From positions 186,001-250,000 of the forward strand of contig BCKZ01000004.1 of the NCBI GenBank assembly GCA_001600815.1: 64,000 bases of DNA, given 5' to 3'. This DNA comes from Alloascoidea hylecoeti. Its lineage: Eukaryota. The notes under the pieces were generated by a model, which had not been told where the DNA came from, did no database searches, and was given only the letters and a program-made list of their open reading frames with translations. A program made the position numbers and the translations under genes. This document shows positions 45,819 through 56,558 of this stretch, one piece after another (the stretch's first letter is position 1; each line of letters begins with the position of its first letter).

Positions 45819-48115
45819 TCACAGATTCCTATTATCGCGTTTTCCAGTAGCCGGAACCAAAGGTTTTGCTTCCAATAAATCATAATAAATTTCCAGTCTT
45901 TTCTTAGCTTTTCTCATCCAATTGGAATCAATTACCTTATTTGAAGGTCTTTGTTCAAATAGTAAAGGTCTTGATTCAATTCCATCTTGATCTGGAAGTG
46001 GGTTCACGAGTTCACTATAATAATTTGATGTCGTAGAGCCATCCTTTTTCAACATTTCAGATAATTGCGTTGAATGTCTATTAACAACTTTTTCTTTTCC
46101 AGTTTGACCCATTGGTCTTGCGATAACAGATGAAGAGCTAAATGAATCAGATACAGAAGGATCACCAACCAGACTTGTTAAAGTTGTAGGTGCACAATCA
46201 CTAACAGCTGTGCTTACTCCAGTTTCTTGGGACATTACACTAATAAAACTTGTTCTCGTCCTGACTTCACTTAGAAAAGGTGTTAAATTTCCTTCCGATA
46301 TCTGTGATTGGTATTTTTTTGATTGATCATCTTTCATTCTCTCTGGAAGTGAAGATACTCTTCTTGAGCTACCATTGTCATAGTTAATGGTGACAGATGG
46401 TAAACCAGCAGGAGATGAGTGCCTCTTCAAAGCCTTTAATGAAATTGATCTTCTAACATGTCTCATTGAACTCATTGTTGCTAGAAATTGGTTAAACTCC
46501 TTTTCTTTATCATTTGTATCTGATAAGTTTATTAAACTATAAGGATGATTTTTAAAAACATCTTTTTTATGACCATGAAAATTAACAAGAGTATTGCTAC
46601 TATTATTATTGCTATTGTCATCAATTGCAGATTCATATTCAACACATAAACTAATAATTTTTTTGATAAATTTATGTTTTGATATTTGAGTTTTTGCTTT
46701 AATATTTTTATTTAAAAATAATAAACTATAAGATATAACAAAAGCAATATTTGTTGTACCAAATAAATTTGATTCATTTTGTTTAGACCAACTATCAGAA
46801 AACGCTTTGACTACTCTTTTAAGATGAATTGAAAGTTCACCAAGAAATAAATTTCGGTTTAACATTTTAAGTGAATCAAATAGATCATAATTGCACCATG
46901 GAAATAAATCAACATAAATCGCACAAACAGCATATTTTTGCATCTCACTAAAAGAAAAAGTTAGATCAATATGATAAATTCTATGTTAAAATTATAACCT
47001 ACTCTCCTCCTAACCAAGTAACATAATCTTTAAAACGAATAGAAGTAATTGATGCATTAAAAAACTTCTCGGCGGCCAATTCTTGACTTTTTATATTATT
47101 TAACTTTGATAAATTTAATTCATTAATATCCATTATTCCTGGAGATGGTGGTAATTTGGTTTTTTCTCTTTTGTGATTTTCATTGTAGTTACCAAACATA
47201 GTAGCATCTAGATCTGTAATTTAAATCATCAGTTAGTTTTAAAATCAAAAAATTTGGAAATTATTAGAATTGAATATTCACTTCTAGCTTACCTAAATAA
47301 AGATCCTCCTTTCTCTTGTTTTTACTTGTACTACCATGGCCAGTCATTAAATTCTTATTTTTATTCTTATTTTTAGCAGTGGGAGTTAAACTTGAATTTT
47401 TGAATTTTTCTTCAAATTTACTCAACATATTTGCAAAACTATCAACACTTCTATTATTATCTTCCACAGCCCTTGATGATAATAATTTTTCAGATATTTG
47501 TATTGTTGTTGATCTTTGTGATAAGGAGAAATATTCTTGTTCTGACATTATTCTCCCTTTAGATTTTGAATCTAAATTTGATGTTGAATTTGATTTTACA
47601 ATTCCATTCGAATATGAATTTGAGTTCAAATTTAAGTATGTTTCTGAATTTGATCTTGAATCCAAGTTTTTATTTGGCTCCTCCTTGGTAGAGGAGTTAA
47701 CATTTGTATCATTTGTATCATAATGTTTAAGTATACCTTTATGTGGAATAGTTTTTACTGTCTCTTCATCATCAAAGTTAAAAGTAACTCTTCTTTCATG
47801 AGCTGTTGAAACGTTAACATTAATACTAACCGATCGTGAATTAGATCTAGAATTTAAATCTTTTGAATTTGATCGTGAATGGTTTTGTTGAAACTTCTTT
47901 TTTTCTTTGTTGTGTACTATTAAACTTAAGCTTGTGTGTTTTTCTTTATAATCATAACCATACTTCTCAGATTCTTCATTTTTTAAAGGATATATATTTA
48001 ATTTTATATTTGTTTTGTCTGATTTATGATTACTACCTCCTATTCGAAGACATAAAAGTTTCAAACCAAAATCTTTATAATTGGTATGGTGATGTTTCCT
48101 TGTAAACCAGCCCAT
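45819..48115 (-). CDS. Divergent Sec7-domain (Yel1/Arf-GEF-like) protein; exons complement(47293..48115, 47003..47213, 45819..46947)
   Basis: Introns 47214..47292 (GTAAGC..ACTAAC..CAG) and 46948..47002 (GTAGGT..TCTAAC..TAG) join three ORF-track pieces in frame. Sec7-like blocks YVTWLG, YVDLFPW...LFDSLKML, RVVKAFSDSWSKQN, FVISYSLLFLN. Confidence 0.7.
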
Positions 48116-48918
48116 TTATACTATATTATAATTACCTGAATTGTTTGTTTCAATTACAACCGATACCCTGAATTTTTAATGTTTCAATTATTGAAGTTAA
48201 TATTATGTTATATGTTATGGCATATAGTTTTAAGAAAATTACCCTTAAAATTATCAAGTCTTAATAATATAAACAAAAGAGTGTATGTAAATAAAGGAAA
48301 GAGAAATGACAGCATGTGGTTTGTTTAAATTAATAGCTAATAGCTAGCTAAGGGGCCGACGGGTATGGGGGGTATAAAATTTAACATCAATATAATAATT
48401 AGTATATTATAAACTTGTTTAAGAATGGTTACTTCTATTATATGTGGTATGAACGTCGTATTTTTCCATACTTGATAGGTTCAGGGTTTATATTAGGCTT
48501 AACCTAAATCATTAGTCTTAATCTTAGCTTATTGTAAATAAAGTTTCTTAAATAATCTTACCGTTCAATTAAAACAAATCATCGTGAATTGTTTGTTGAC
48601 TTTATATTTAGTCCTGAGTATGTTACTTTGGTACCCACTATATAAGGTGTGGTAACATTATAACAGGATTGCATTGCATATTCATGTAAAGATTTATTAT
48701 TCATATTGATTTTTCATAAATTTCATATCAGGTTAAATTAAATTTAATTATGTAGGTAAAGCATTAAAGAATGAAGATCTGGTTTACCTTTCAGTATCTC
48801 CATGAAAGCTAGAAAATTATATAAAATATTAGCAAAAGTAATATAACAAATAAGTCATCATAATAATAATAAACAGGGATACCGCCAATAATATCAATCA
48901 TAAGAATGGTAAAATCAT

Positions 48919-50337
48919 TTAAAAATTAGCAGCCAATTTAATTTGTTCCTCGTATTCTTGTAAGGCTCTCCATTCACTCCATCCAAATACCCATCCCATT
49001 AAGAAATCAGCAAACCCTGTTATACCAACAACAATACCAAGAAATGTTGTCACAAACCCAGTCCATGATTTACCACCATTAATATTACCACGGATCCAAA
49101 ACGATGAAATACTTAAACCAACTAAAAATATAACTGATAAGGAAAAATGAAGTAAACGAATTTTCCTTTGCCAAATTGAGGTTTTTTTATATTCTAAAAT
49201 TAAAGATAAGATATCTGATAATAACTTTGATTCATCAGTTTTAGCAAATATATCATTACCAATTAATGTTGCATCTGACGTATTATGTTTTAAAGAAACC
49301 GATGATGATCTATTTATCTCTTCATCATCTTCTTCGTTATGTTGCTGTTGATGTGATAAGATAGAATCATTAAAAGATAAAGGTAATGTTACATCATTTG
49401 GAGATATTGAATCACTTAATAAATCATCATTAGTATTATTAATTAAATTTGTATTATTAACATTTCTCAATTGTAAAACAGCTTCAACAGCAAAATGATC
49501 TGAATAACTTTCATTATTTGTATCCATTTTTTCCCAAAATGAAACTTTACAATCAACAACATGAACTTTTTTATAATCATATAAAATATAATCCAATCTT
49601 ATTGCCGAATTTATATTAATATGAGAACATTTTTCACGATAGGTATTCAAAGTATGATCACAAGTAGTTCCAACCAATTCAATCTGTTGTAATGGAGATA
49701 ATGATCCAATATCTCCATTAAATTCACCATGTCTATCAACCCAAGCATCATGTAAATCAATATATTTGGTTAATAAAGTATGAGATAAACTTCCTGGTTC
49801 ACTATTTAAATCACCAACAATTATAACTACATGGCCAGCTGAAGTCAACAATTTTGCTAAATTTGCGAAATCCCAGGCCTGACAAGTTCGATGACAAAGG
49901 TAATTGGCGTCGCCTTTACCATAAGGTGCGTGCATATGAGCATTCATTAAAGCGATCGTGTTGCCGGGAGATACTCTAATGATGGAGATTGAAACACTTT
50001 TTCCAACGTACCAGTCTCCACGATAAGGAGCTGAAGGTCTACCATTTAAAGGGAATCTGTATAAAAAGCAAGATTCGATTTTAAATCTCGATAAAACAGC
50101 TAAACCCGGACCAGTTATTATACCGGAAGAATAACGGCGTTGGAATGGGAAAATATGACTTAATAATGAAGATAAGTATTCCCAGTCGGAATCCACCCAA
50201 ACTTCTTGTAACGCGATTATATCATAATTTTGAGAAGTTGATAATAATCTATGAGCAATTTGTTGTAAACGAAGTTCTCTGTTTTTGGAAACGAATTTTA
50301 ATCCCCAAGTATTAAAGGTAAGAATACGGATTTGCAT
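48919..50337 (-). CDS. ISC1: Inositol phosphosphingolipid phospholipase C
   Basis: ILTFNTWGL, DIIALQEVW, FPLNGRP...GDWYVGKS, GDLNSEP, RLDYI, SDHF; two C-terminal TM helices. Confidence 0.93.
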   Translation of the reverse strand: MQIRILTFNTWGLKFVSKNRELRLQQIAHRLLSTSQNYDIIALQEVWVDSDWEYLSSLLSHIFPFQRRYSSGIITGPGLAVLSRFKIESCFLYRFPLNGRPSAPYRGDWYVGKSVSISIIRVSPGNTIALMNAHMHAPYGKGDANYLCHRTCQAWDFANLAKLLTSAGHVVIIVGDLNSEPGSLSHTLLTKYIDLHDAWVDRHGEFNGDIGSLSPLQQIELVGTTCDHTLNTYREKCSHININSAIRLDYILYDYKKVHVVDCKVSFWEKMDTNNESYSDHFAVEAVLQLRNVNNTNLINNTNDDLLSDSISPNDVTLPLSFNDSILSHQQQHNEEDDEEINRSSSVSLKHNTSDATLIGNDIFAKTDESKLLSDILSLILEYKKTSIWQRKIRLLHFSLSVIFLVGLSISSFWIRGNINGGKSWTGFVTTFLGIVVGITGFADFLMGWVFGWSEWRALQEYEEQIKLAANF

Positions 50338-50779
50338 GATAAACTAATATTAACTAAAAGGTTGAAAGTTGATGAGATGGGTATAAAATGGAGTAAAAGG
50401 TGAATAAAATGCAAAGAATAAATGAAAAAAATGATATAAATTTATATTTTGTGTTTGTGTTTATGTCCGCATTTATCCAACATCCTCGGTTGTCCTCGGT
50501 TCACGCCAGTAACTGCAAAAAATGATCATTTTCATAGCCATTTTCAACTGGACGGCCCCGGAATGTTTTTCGTTGAAGATAAACGGTCATTTTTAAAATA
50601 AAATGATATAATATGTTTATATAAAATATTTCTATTATTTTTAACGTCAGCGATATATTTCTCATGTTTTTTTGAAATCTATTACGACATGATATATTAG
50701 TATGATTTTAGTAATCACATAGTACCTAACCTCCTTGTGTGCCTTTTACATCTTCACCACAAATTGTAGACAGAAAGAC

Positions 50780-51895
50780 ATGCCATCCCTTAAAAGTATC
50801 ATTTACACTCTTTCTCTTCTGTCGCTGTCATTGGCTTCTCCTGGTGATAGGCTACCTGAATTCAAATCATGTGTTGATTACTGTCAGTTAAAAACCTGTC
50901 CAGAACAGATATTATTTGATTCACCTGTAGCAAGCACGAATTTACCAATCGATCTACAAATACAACTGAATAATCATTATTTTACTCCACAACCTTTACC
51001 ATTCTATCTAAGGCTATTCTCTTGGAATTGTGAATCCAACTGTGATTTTGAATGTCAATGGTTTATTACAAATGATAGGATATTGAAAAATGAAGAGATC
51101 TTCCAATTTCATGGTAAATGGCCATTCATAAGATTTTGGGGTATAAATGAACCTGCTTCTTGTATTTTTTCAATTGCTAATTTTTGGGCTCAGTATTGGG
51201 GGTTTAAACATATTTGGAATAAAATTGGGAAATATAAATTAAGATCCAAATCAAGATCAACATCAATCAATAATCTTAATGATGATATAAATGTTTGGAA
51301 ATATTATTTATTTGTTTCTTGTGTTGGTATGAATGCTTGGGTTTGGTCAACGATTTTCCATTGTCGTGATTACGTTTGGACAGAACGAATGGATTATTTC
51401 TCAGCTTGGGCGGCGGTTATGTCAGGTTTTTATATTTCGGTGATTAGATTATTTCGACTTGATAAAGCTGAAAACAAATTACCAAGATATATAATAACAA
51501 TTGGTTGTTTAATTGCATTCTTAGCTCATATTTATAGATTACAATTTATTGAATGGGGTTATGTTTATAATATGACTGTTAATTGTATAGTTGGTTTTTC
51601 ACAATATGCAGTTTGGATTGGTTTATCACTTTATACTTATTATAAATTAGAATATGACACTCCTGAAAGTAAAAGACCACAAAAATCAAATAATTGGTGT
51701 TTATTACCCTTGGCTGTTGTTGGAACAATGTTATTTTCAATGAGTTTTGAAATATTTGACTTCCCCCCAATTTGGTTTACATTTGATGCTCATGCTTTAT
51801 GGCATTTAGCAACTGTTTTCCCAACAATTTGGTGGTTCAAATGGATGGTTCATGATTATAAATATTTAACTACTATGAAATCAATTAAGGAATGA
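50780..51895 (+). CDS. PER1: GPI remodelling protein Per1/PGAP3
   Basis: Signal peptide then ASPGD; QFHGKWPF, NAWVWSTIFHCRD, TERMDYF, FDFPP, DAHALWH. First ATG is 50780. Confidence 0.94.
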   Translation: MPSLKSIIYTLSLLSLSLASPGDRLPEFKSCVDYCQLKTCPEQILFDSPVASTNLPIDLQIQLNNHYFTPQPLPFYLRLFSWNCESNCDFECQWFITNDRILKNEEIFQFHGKWPFIRFWGINEPASCIFSIANFWAQYWGFKHIWNKIGKYKLRSKSRSTSINNLNDDINVWKYYLFVSCVGMNAWVWSTIFHCRDYVWTERMDYFSAWAAVMSGFYISVIRLFRLDKAENKLPRYIITIGCLIAFLAHIYRLQFIEWGYVYNMTVNCIVGFSQYAVWIGLSLYTYYKLEYDTPESKRPQKSNNWCLLPLAVVGTMLFSMSFEIFDFPPIWFTFDAHALWHLATVFPTIWWFKWMVHDYKYLTTMKSIKE

Positions 51896-51949
51896 ATAGA
51901 ATAAAATTATATAACATATATACTGTAGGGATGTACAGTGAAGTATAGA

Positions 51950-53659
51950 TTACTTTCTTTCTTCATCAACAATATAATCAATGATAACATCATCTTTGGG
52001 CATTAAGCTTTCCATTATAAATTGAGGAGCAGTAGGTTGATCTAAAATCTCTAAATCTTCATCTTTGAAAATAAAAGGAAATACAAAAATGATGACTGAT
52101 GATAATAATAAAACCCCAGGAAATCCAACCGCACCTTTTGTACAAGTTATACCAAATTCAAGACCAAATATAATTAATTCAATCACAACAAATAAAATTA
52201 ATGATTTAAAGTTACATTTCATTAAAACGTCATTTTTATTGTTTAAAGATGATGTAAAAATAAAAATTAATTTATTTGTAATACCATTGTTAATTAATCC
52301 ACTTATACCCATTACCCAAAATAATCCTGTTAATATGGCTTGTGGAATTAATCCCAAAACCTTTAATAATGGCCCCGTCATTGTACCTAAAGTTAATAAT
52401 CCTTGAATTGTATTAGTTGCTCTTTGTTCAACTACATGATCAATAATATATTCATTGCCTTTTTCATGTTTATAAACACTCAAGGATTCTGTATGTAACG
52501 GCGCTTGTGGTATTAAACCATTTGGTGCTGGTATACCTAATATACCGGATATGCCAGTTGTTAAGCCTAATAATAAAAAATCCCAATGAAAAGAAGATGG
52601 TTTTTTTAAAGGATATTTTGAATCTTGACACATTAATGATGAAACATTATGATCAAAATAAAATAAAAAAGTTAATAAAAGGGCAAAAGGAATTGCTAAA
52701 AAAATATCGCCTACATTAATTTTCCAAAAATGTATAAACCAACCATGTGGTCTTATATTTAAATAATCAATTGGATCAGAATAAGAAGATATAGTTGGTA
52801 TAAAAGATTTGGTAATTGATAATTTTGATAAATTAATTGTTGAAATTGATTTATTAAAATGAATAAAACCTGTAAAAAATAAAACACAAATTGGTGTACC
52901 ATAATCATCAAAAAATTTTCTAATCTTTAAATTAAATAATTTTGATTTATTTCCAATTAAATAAAAACATATACCAAATATTAAAAATAATAAAGATATT
53001 GTTAATGATAAATAACCTCTTGTTTGATTTTGTAAAAAAATTAAATTATTCATTGATAATTCTTCTTCATTTTTAGAATTTGAAGTAAATTGTTTTGTTA
53101 TAATTTCAATACCTTTTTGAATATAAACAATATTTATAAAAAAACCAAATATATCACAAGAAAATCTAGTTATAAATCTCATTAAATTAACCCAATTGAA
53201 AATTGCAATAATAAAATGAAAAATCATACTCCATAAATAAACCCAACAAATAAATTCAAAATATTTTAATCCATCACGATCATTATCATCACCATTATTA
53301 TGGTGTTTTCTTTTTTTTAAAATTTCATAAATTGTATAGTTAAAAATCGATATTGGTCCAGTTACACCAACAATAACTAATGGTTGTCCACTAAATAAAC
53401 CAAAAACAATACCACCAATTGATGATGATAATAATATTTCATTTATACCATATAAATTATCAGTTTTATTAAATAAATCTTGTGAAAATGAAATGGCTGG
53501 TAATAAATTAATTAAAAAAATATAAATTGTTGATGGTATAATTCTATAAGTTATTGAATCAATGAGATCTGATTTATAATAAGGAATTAATCGTGTTTTT
53601 AAATCTTTATAAATACCATTAAATGGATGGCGAAATGGATTTGATGGTTCGAATGCCAT
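51950..53659 (-). CDS. BOR1: SLC4-family borate transporter
   Basis: NLLPAISF, FSGQPLVIVGVTGP, LFYFDHNVSSL, FHWDF, PNGLIPQAPLHT, VEQRATN. Confidence 0.93.
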   Translation of the reverse strand: MAFEPSNPFRHPFNGIYKDLKTRLIPYYKSDLIDSITYRIIPSTIYIFLINLLPAISFSQDLFNKTDNLYGINEILLSSSIGGIVFGLFSGQPLVIVGVTGPISIFNYTIYEILKKRKHHNNGDDNDRDGLKYFEFICWVYLWSMIFHFIIAIFNWVNLMRFITRFSCDIFGFFINIVYIQKGIEIITKQFTSNSKNEEELSMNNLIFLQNQTRGYLSLTISLLFLIFGICFYLIGNKSKLFNLKIRKFFDDYGTPICVLFFTGFIHFNKSISTINLSKLSITKSFIPTISSYSDPIDYLNIRPHGWFIHFWKINVGDIFLAIPFALLLTFLFYFDHNVSSLMCQDSKYPLKKPSSFHWDFLLLGLTTGISGILGIPAPNGLIPQAPLHTESLSVYKHEKGNEYIIDHVVEQRATNTIQGLLTLGTMTGPLLKVLGLIPQAILTGLFWVMGISGLINNGITNKLIFIFTSSLNNKNDVLMKCNFKSLILFVVIELIIFGLEFGITCTKGAVGFPGVLLLSSVIIFVFPFIFKDEDLEILDQPTAPQFIMESLMPKDDVIIDYIVDEERK

Positions 53660-54192
53660 AATTTAACATTCATACCATTGGAATGGAAAAAAATTAGTGT
53701 GAAGAAGATGTGGATGATAATGAATTCAGATATGTTTAATGGAACACGTGATATGATTGAAACACTATTTGATTGCTACACCAACATTTATTTACTGAGA
53801 TCACCAACAGTAACATAAATTATAATGATATGACATTAGAGATATAGCTAAACCATAATAATCTCATCTCATTTATCATGAAAGTGTGGTATACGTATTT
53901 TATTAGTTCTACTTTATATGAAATAAGCAATCAAATCTAAACCATAACCATAAAATCAAACACCTTTTTAAAGAAATCATTTTTTTTTTTTTATATTATT
54001 AATTTTCCTATTTTTCTATTTTATTCTTGTTCCATTTATATATTTGTAAATTTTTTCTTCTCTTTTTTTCTTCTCTTTTTTTCTTCTCTTCTTTTTCTTA
54101 TTACTCTTTACCCCAGATATTAATTATAATCATACTTTCCTTATCATTTTTATCTTATCAAGGATAGTGATAGCATAAAGATCTGACGTAAG

Positions 54193-56160
54193 ATGACGAG
54201 CTATAAGACTGAAACAGGGTTACATTTGACAACAATTTTATTCATTTATTTCCATATATTAGAATCATTAACATCAATAATCTTATCTTTCACTTTATCA
54301 ATTTTCAATAAATGTTTAAAATGGTTTAACTTTTTTATAAATTTATTGAATATAAATCATTTTATAAATTTAAAGAAATTATTAAATGTAAAAGATGATG
54401 ATACATTATTTGAAAATGAGATTTATAAATCAAATGATTTTATAAATACTTGTAAATTATTTCGTTATGAATCAAAAGAATATGAAGTTCAAACAAAAGA
54501 TGGTTATAAATTAATAATATTTAGAATTTATAACACAAAAGGTATAATAACGAAAAAATCTGATGATAATATCATAATTAATAAACCGGTTATTGTTCTA
54601 CAACATGGATTAGGATTATCAAGTGATTCTTGGATAACACAAATTAATGATTATAAAAATTTACCATTTTATCTTGTTGAATTAGGGTATGATGTTTGGA
54701 TATTAAATTCAAGAGGTAATAAATATTCGAATAATAATTATCAAACTTCTTCAACAATTTTTTGCATAGAAAGTTGGATAAATTCTTTTAAATTTTGGAA
54801 TTTTAAATTGATTAATATTTCAAAATATGATTTACCTGATTCAATTAATTTTATAATTAATAAAACAGAAGTTGAAAGAATTTCATTTATTGGATTTAAT
54901 CAAGGATTTTGGTTATTAATAATTGCATTAATATTGAATTTTAGGGATAATTTAAAAACAATTATAAAAAAGAGAAATGAAAGTGCTAATGAAAGTGATC
55001 ATGAAGATGATTTGTTCATTTTAAATGATAAAATCAATTGTATAATCGGTTTAAGTCCGTCATTTAAAAATGATAGATTCAATAATATAATTGATGAAAT
55101 ATTATCTTTCAGATTGAACATTATGTATCTTAAATTATTCGACTTTATGATGATAATTAATGATTTGATAATTTATTCAACATTTGGATTTTTTAAATTT
55201 TGGAAATCATTAAATTTTTGGAATTTAATTATTAATAAACCAATTTTTATAAAAATTTTAGATTTTTTATATTTTGAAGAAAAATCATCATTAAATGATA
55301 AAGATTTAAAACAAAAAATATTATCATATTCAAATTTATTATCAAATGACATTCACACAAGAAGTATAATTGATTGGAACAGAATTTTACATAATGGAAA
55401 AATAGATTGGGATATAAATGATGATAATGAAGATCTAGAAGGAAAAGAAGAAAATAAAAATCTAGAAAGTATTAAAAAATCTATAAATATCGCAACTGAC
55501 GATATTCCGATATTTGGAATTTATGGTGAAGAAGATGATACAATTGATTTAGACAGAATTAAAACAAATTTAACGAATATAAAGTTAATCCCAATTCCTA
55601 GATTTAAACATTTTGATTTATTAATTGGAGAGGAAATAAATAAGACGGTCATTCCTCAAATAGTTGATATTCTAGACGATTATAAAACTACAACAACAAT
55701 AACAAAAAGTGTCGGAGTTGAACTCAAAAGTGTTAATGAAGAAGGAGAGAAGGTTACGTGGTATGACGAACCCGATTCTTATTATAATAATACATCTTCA
55801 GCAAGTTCAATGTTTCAAAAGAGCACTGAAACGGGTCTGCCCATTCATACAACAGGCAAGGCGAATTTAAGACATGGTACAATCCCGGTGGATGGCAGTG
55901 AACAAGGACAAGAGAACCAAGCAAGTCCGAGCACCCCCAGGACGCCCAGAGGGGAGCCCAGAGGGGAGTCCAGGGCCATGGCCATTCAGCGGGAGGAGAC
56001 CCCACCCAGGACGCTAAGACAAAGCCCACACCTGAGTTTTGGGGGGTTTGCCGTTGGGGATTCGCAACGCTACAACAAAAGCGGACCAACTACGGAGGCG
56101 TCCAGTATTTATAGTCATCATCGGGCTTTCAGTTGGGAGGCAGATCACGCTGCTAATTAA
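54193..56160 (+). CDS. Steryl-ester hydrolase/lipase family protein (Tgl1/Yeh1-like), nucleophile motif altered
   Basis: VQTKDGYKL, VLQHGL..SSDSW, GYDVWILNSRGNKYS, KYDLPDSI.FI, HFDLL; GFNQG where the family has GFSQG. Confidence 0.82.
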   Translation: MTSYKTETGLHLTTILFIYFHILESLTSIILSFTLSIFNKCLKWFNFFINLLNINHFINLKKLLNVKDDDTLFENEIYKSNDFINTCKLFRYESKEYEVQTKDGYKLIIFRIYNTKGIITKKSDDNIIINKPVIVLQHGLGLSSDSWITQINDYKNLPFYLVELGYDVWILNSRGNKYSNNNYQTSSTIFCIESWINSFKFWNFKLINISKYDLPDSINFIINKTEVERISFIGFNQGFWLLIIALILNFRDNLKTIIKKRNESANESDHEDDLFILNDKINCIIGLSPSFKNDRFNNIIDEILSFRLNIMYLKLFDFMMIINDLIIYSTFGFFKFWKSLNFWNLIINKPIFIKILDFLYFEEKSSLNDKDLKQKILSYSNLLSNDIHTRSIIDWNRILHNGKIDWDINDDNEDLEGKEENKNLESIKKSINIATDDIPIFGIYGEEDDTIDLDRIKTNLTNIKLIPIPRFKHFDLLIGEEINKTVIPQIVDILDDYKTTTTITKSVGVELKSVNEEGEKVTWYDEPDSYYNNTSSASSMFQKSTETGLPIHTTGKANLRHGTIPVDGSEQGQENQASPSTPRTPRGEPRGESRAMAIQREETPPRTLRQSPHLSFGGFAVGDSQRYNKSGPTTEASSIYSHHRAFSWEADHAAN

Positions 56161-56558
56161 AATAGTGGAATCTCCGGGGTTTTCTAGAATTTTAATACTA
56201 TGAAATACTATGAAATACTATGAAATAGAGAAATATGGTACGAGTTTTGTCCATAATAGAAGCAGGTGTAAGGATGTCCGGGAAATAGTCGGATCCGACA
56301 GAGCGGAGATCCGGCAATTGGCATAAATTGGGCCTGTTGGCTGTGGCGCGGTCCGGAAACCAGGGGTCTTCGGGTGTCCAAATCACACCATGAAAACCTC
56401 CAAAAATATACAAAAACTACCAAAATCACCCCATATCTCGAAGACAGTATCATGCCATATCAATATAGAAAACACATATATATAAACATAGATCCGCTCT
56501 TAGTTTCCCTTTTACCTTTCCTTCTACCTCCTCCTTTGCTTGAATACTTGTAGTGATA

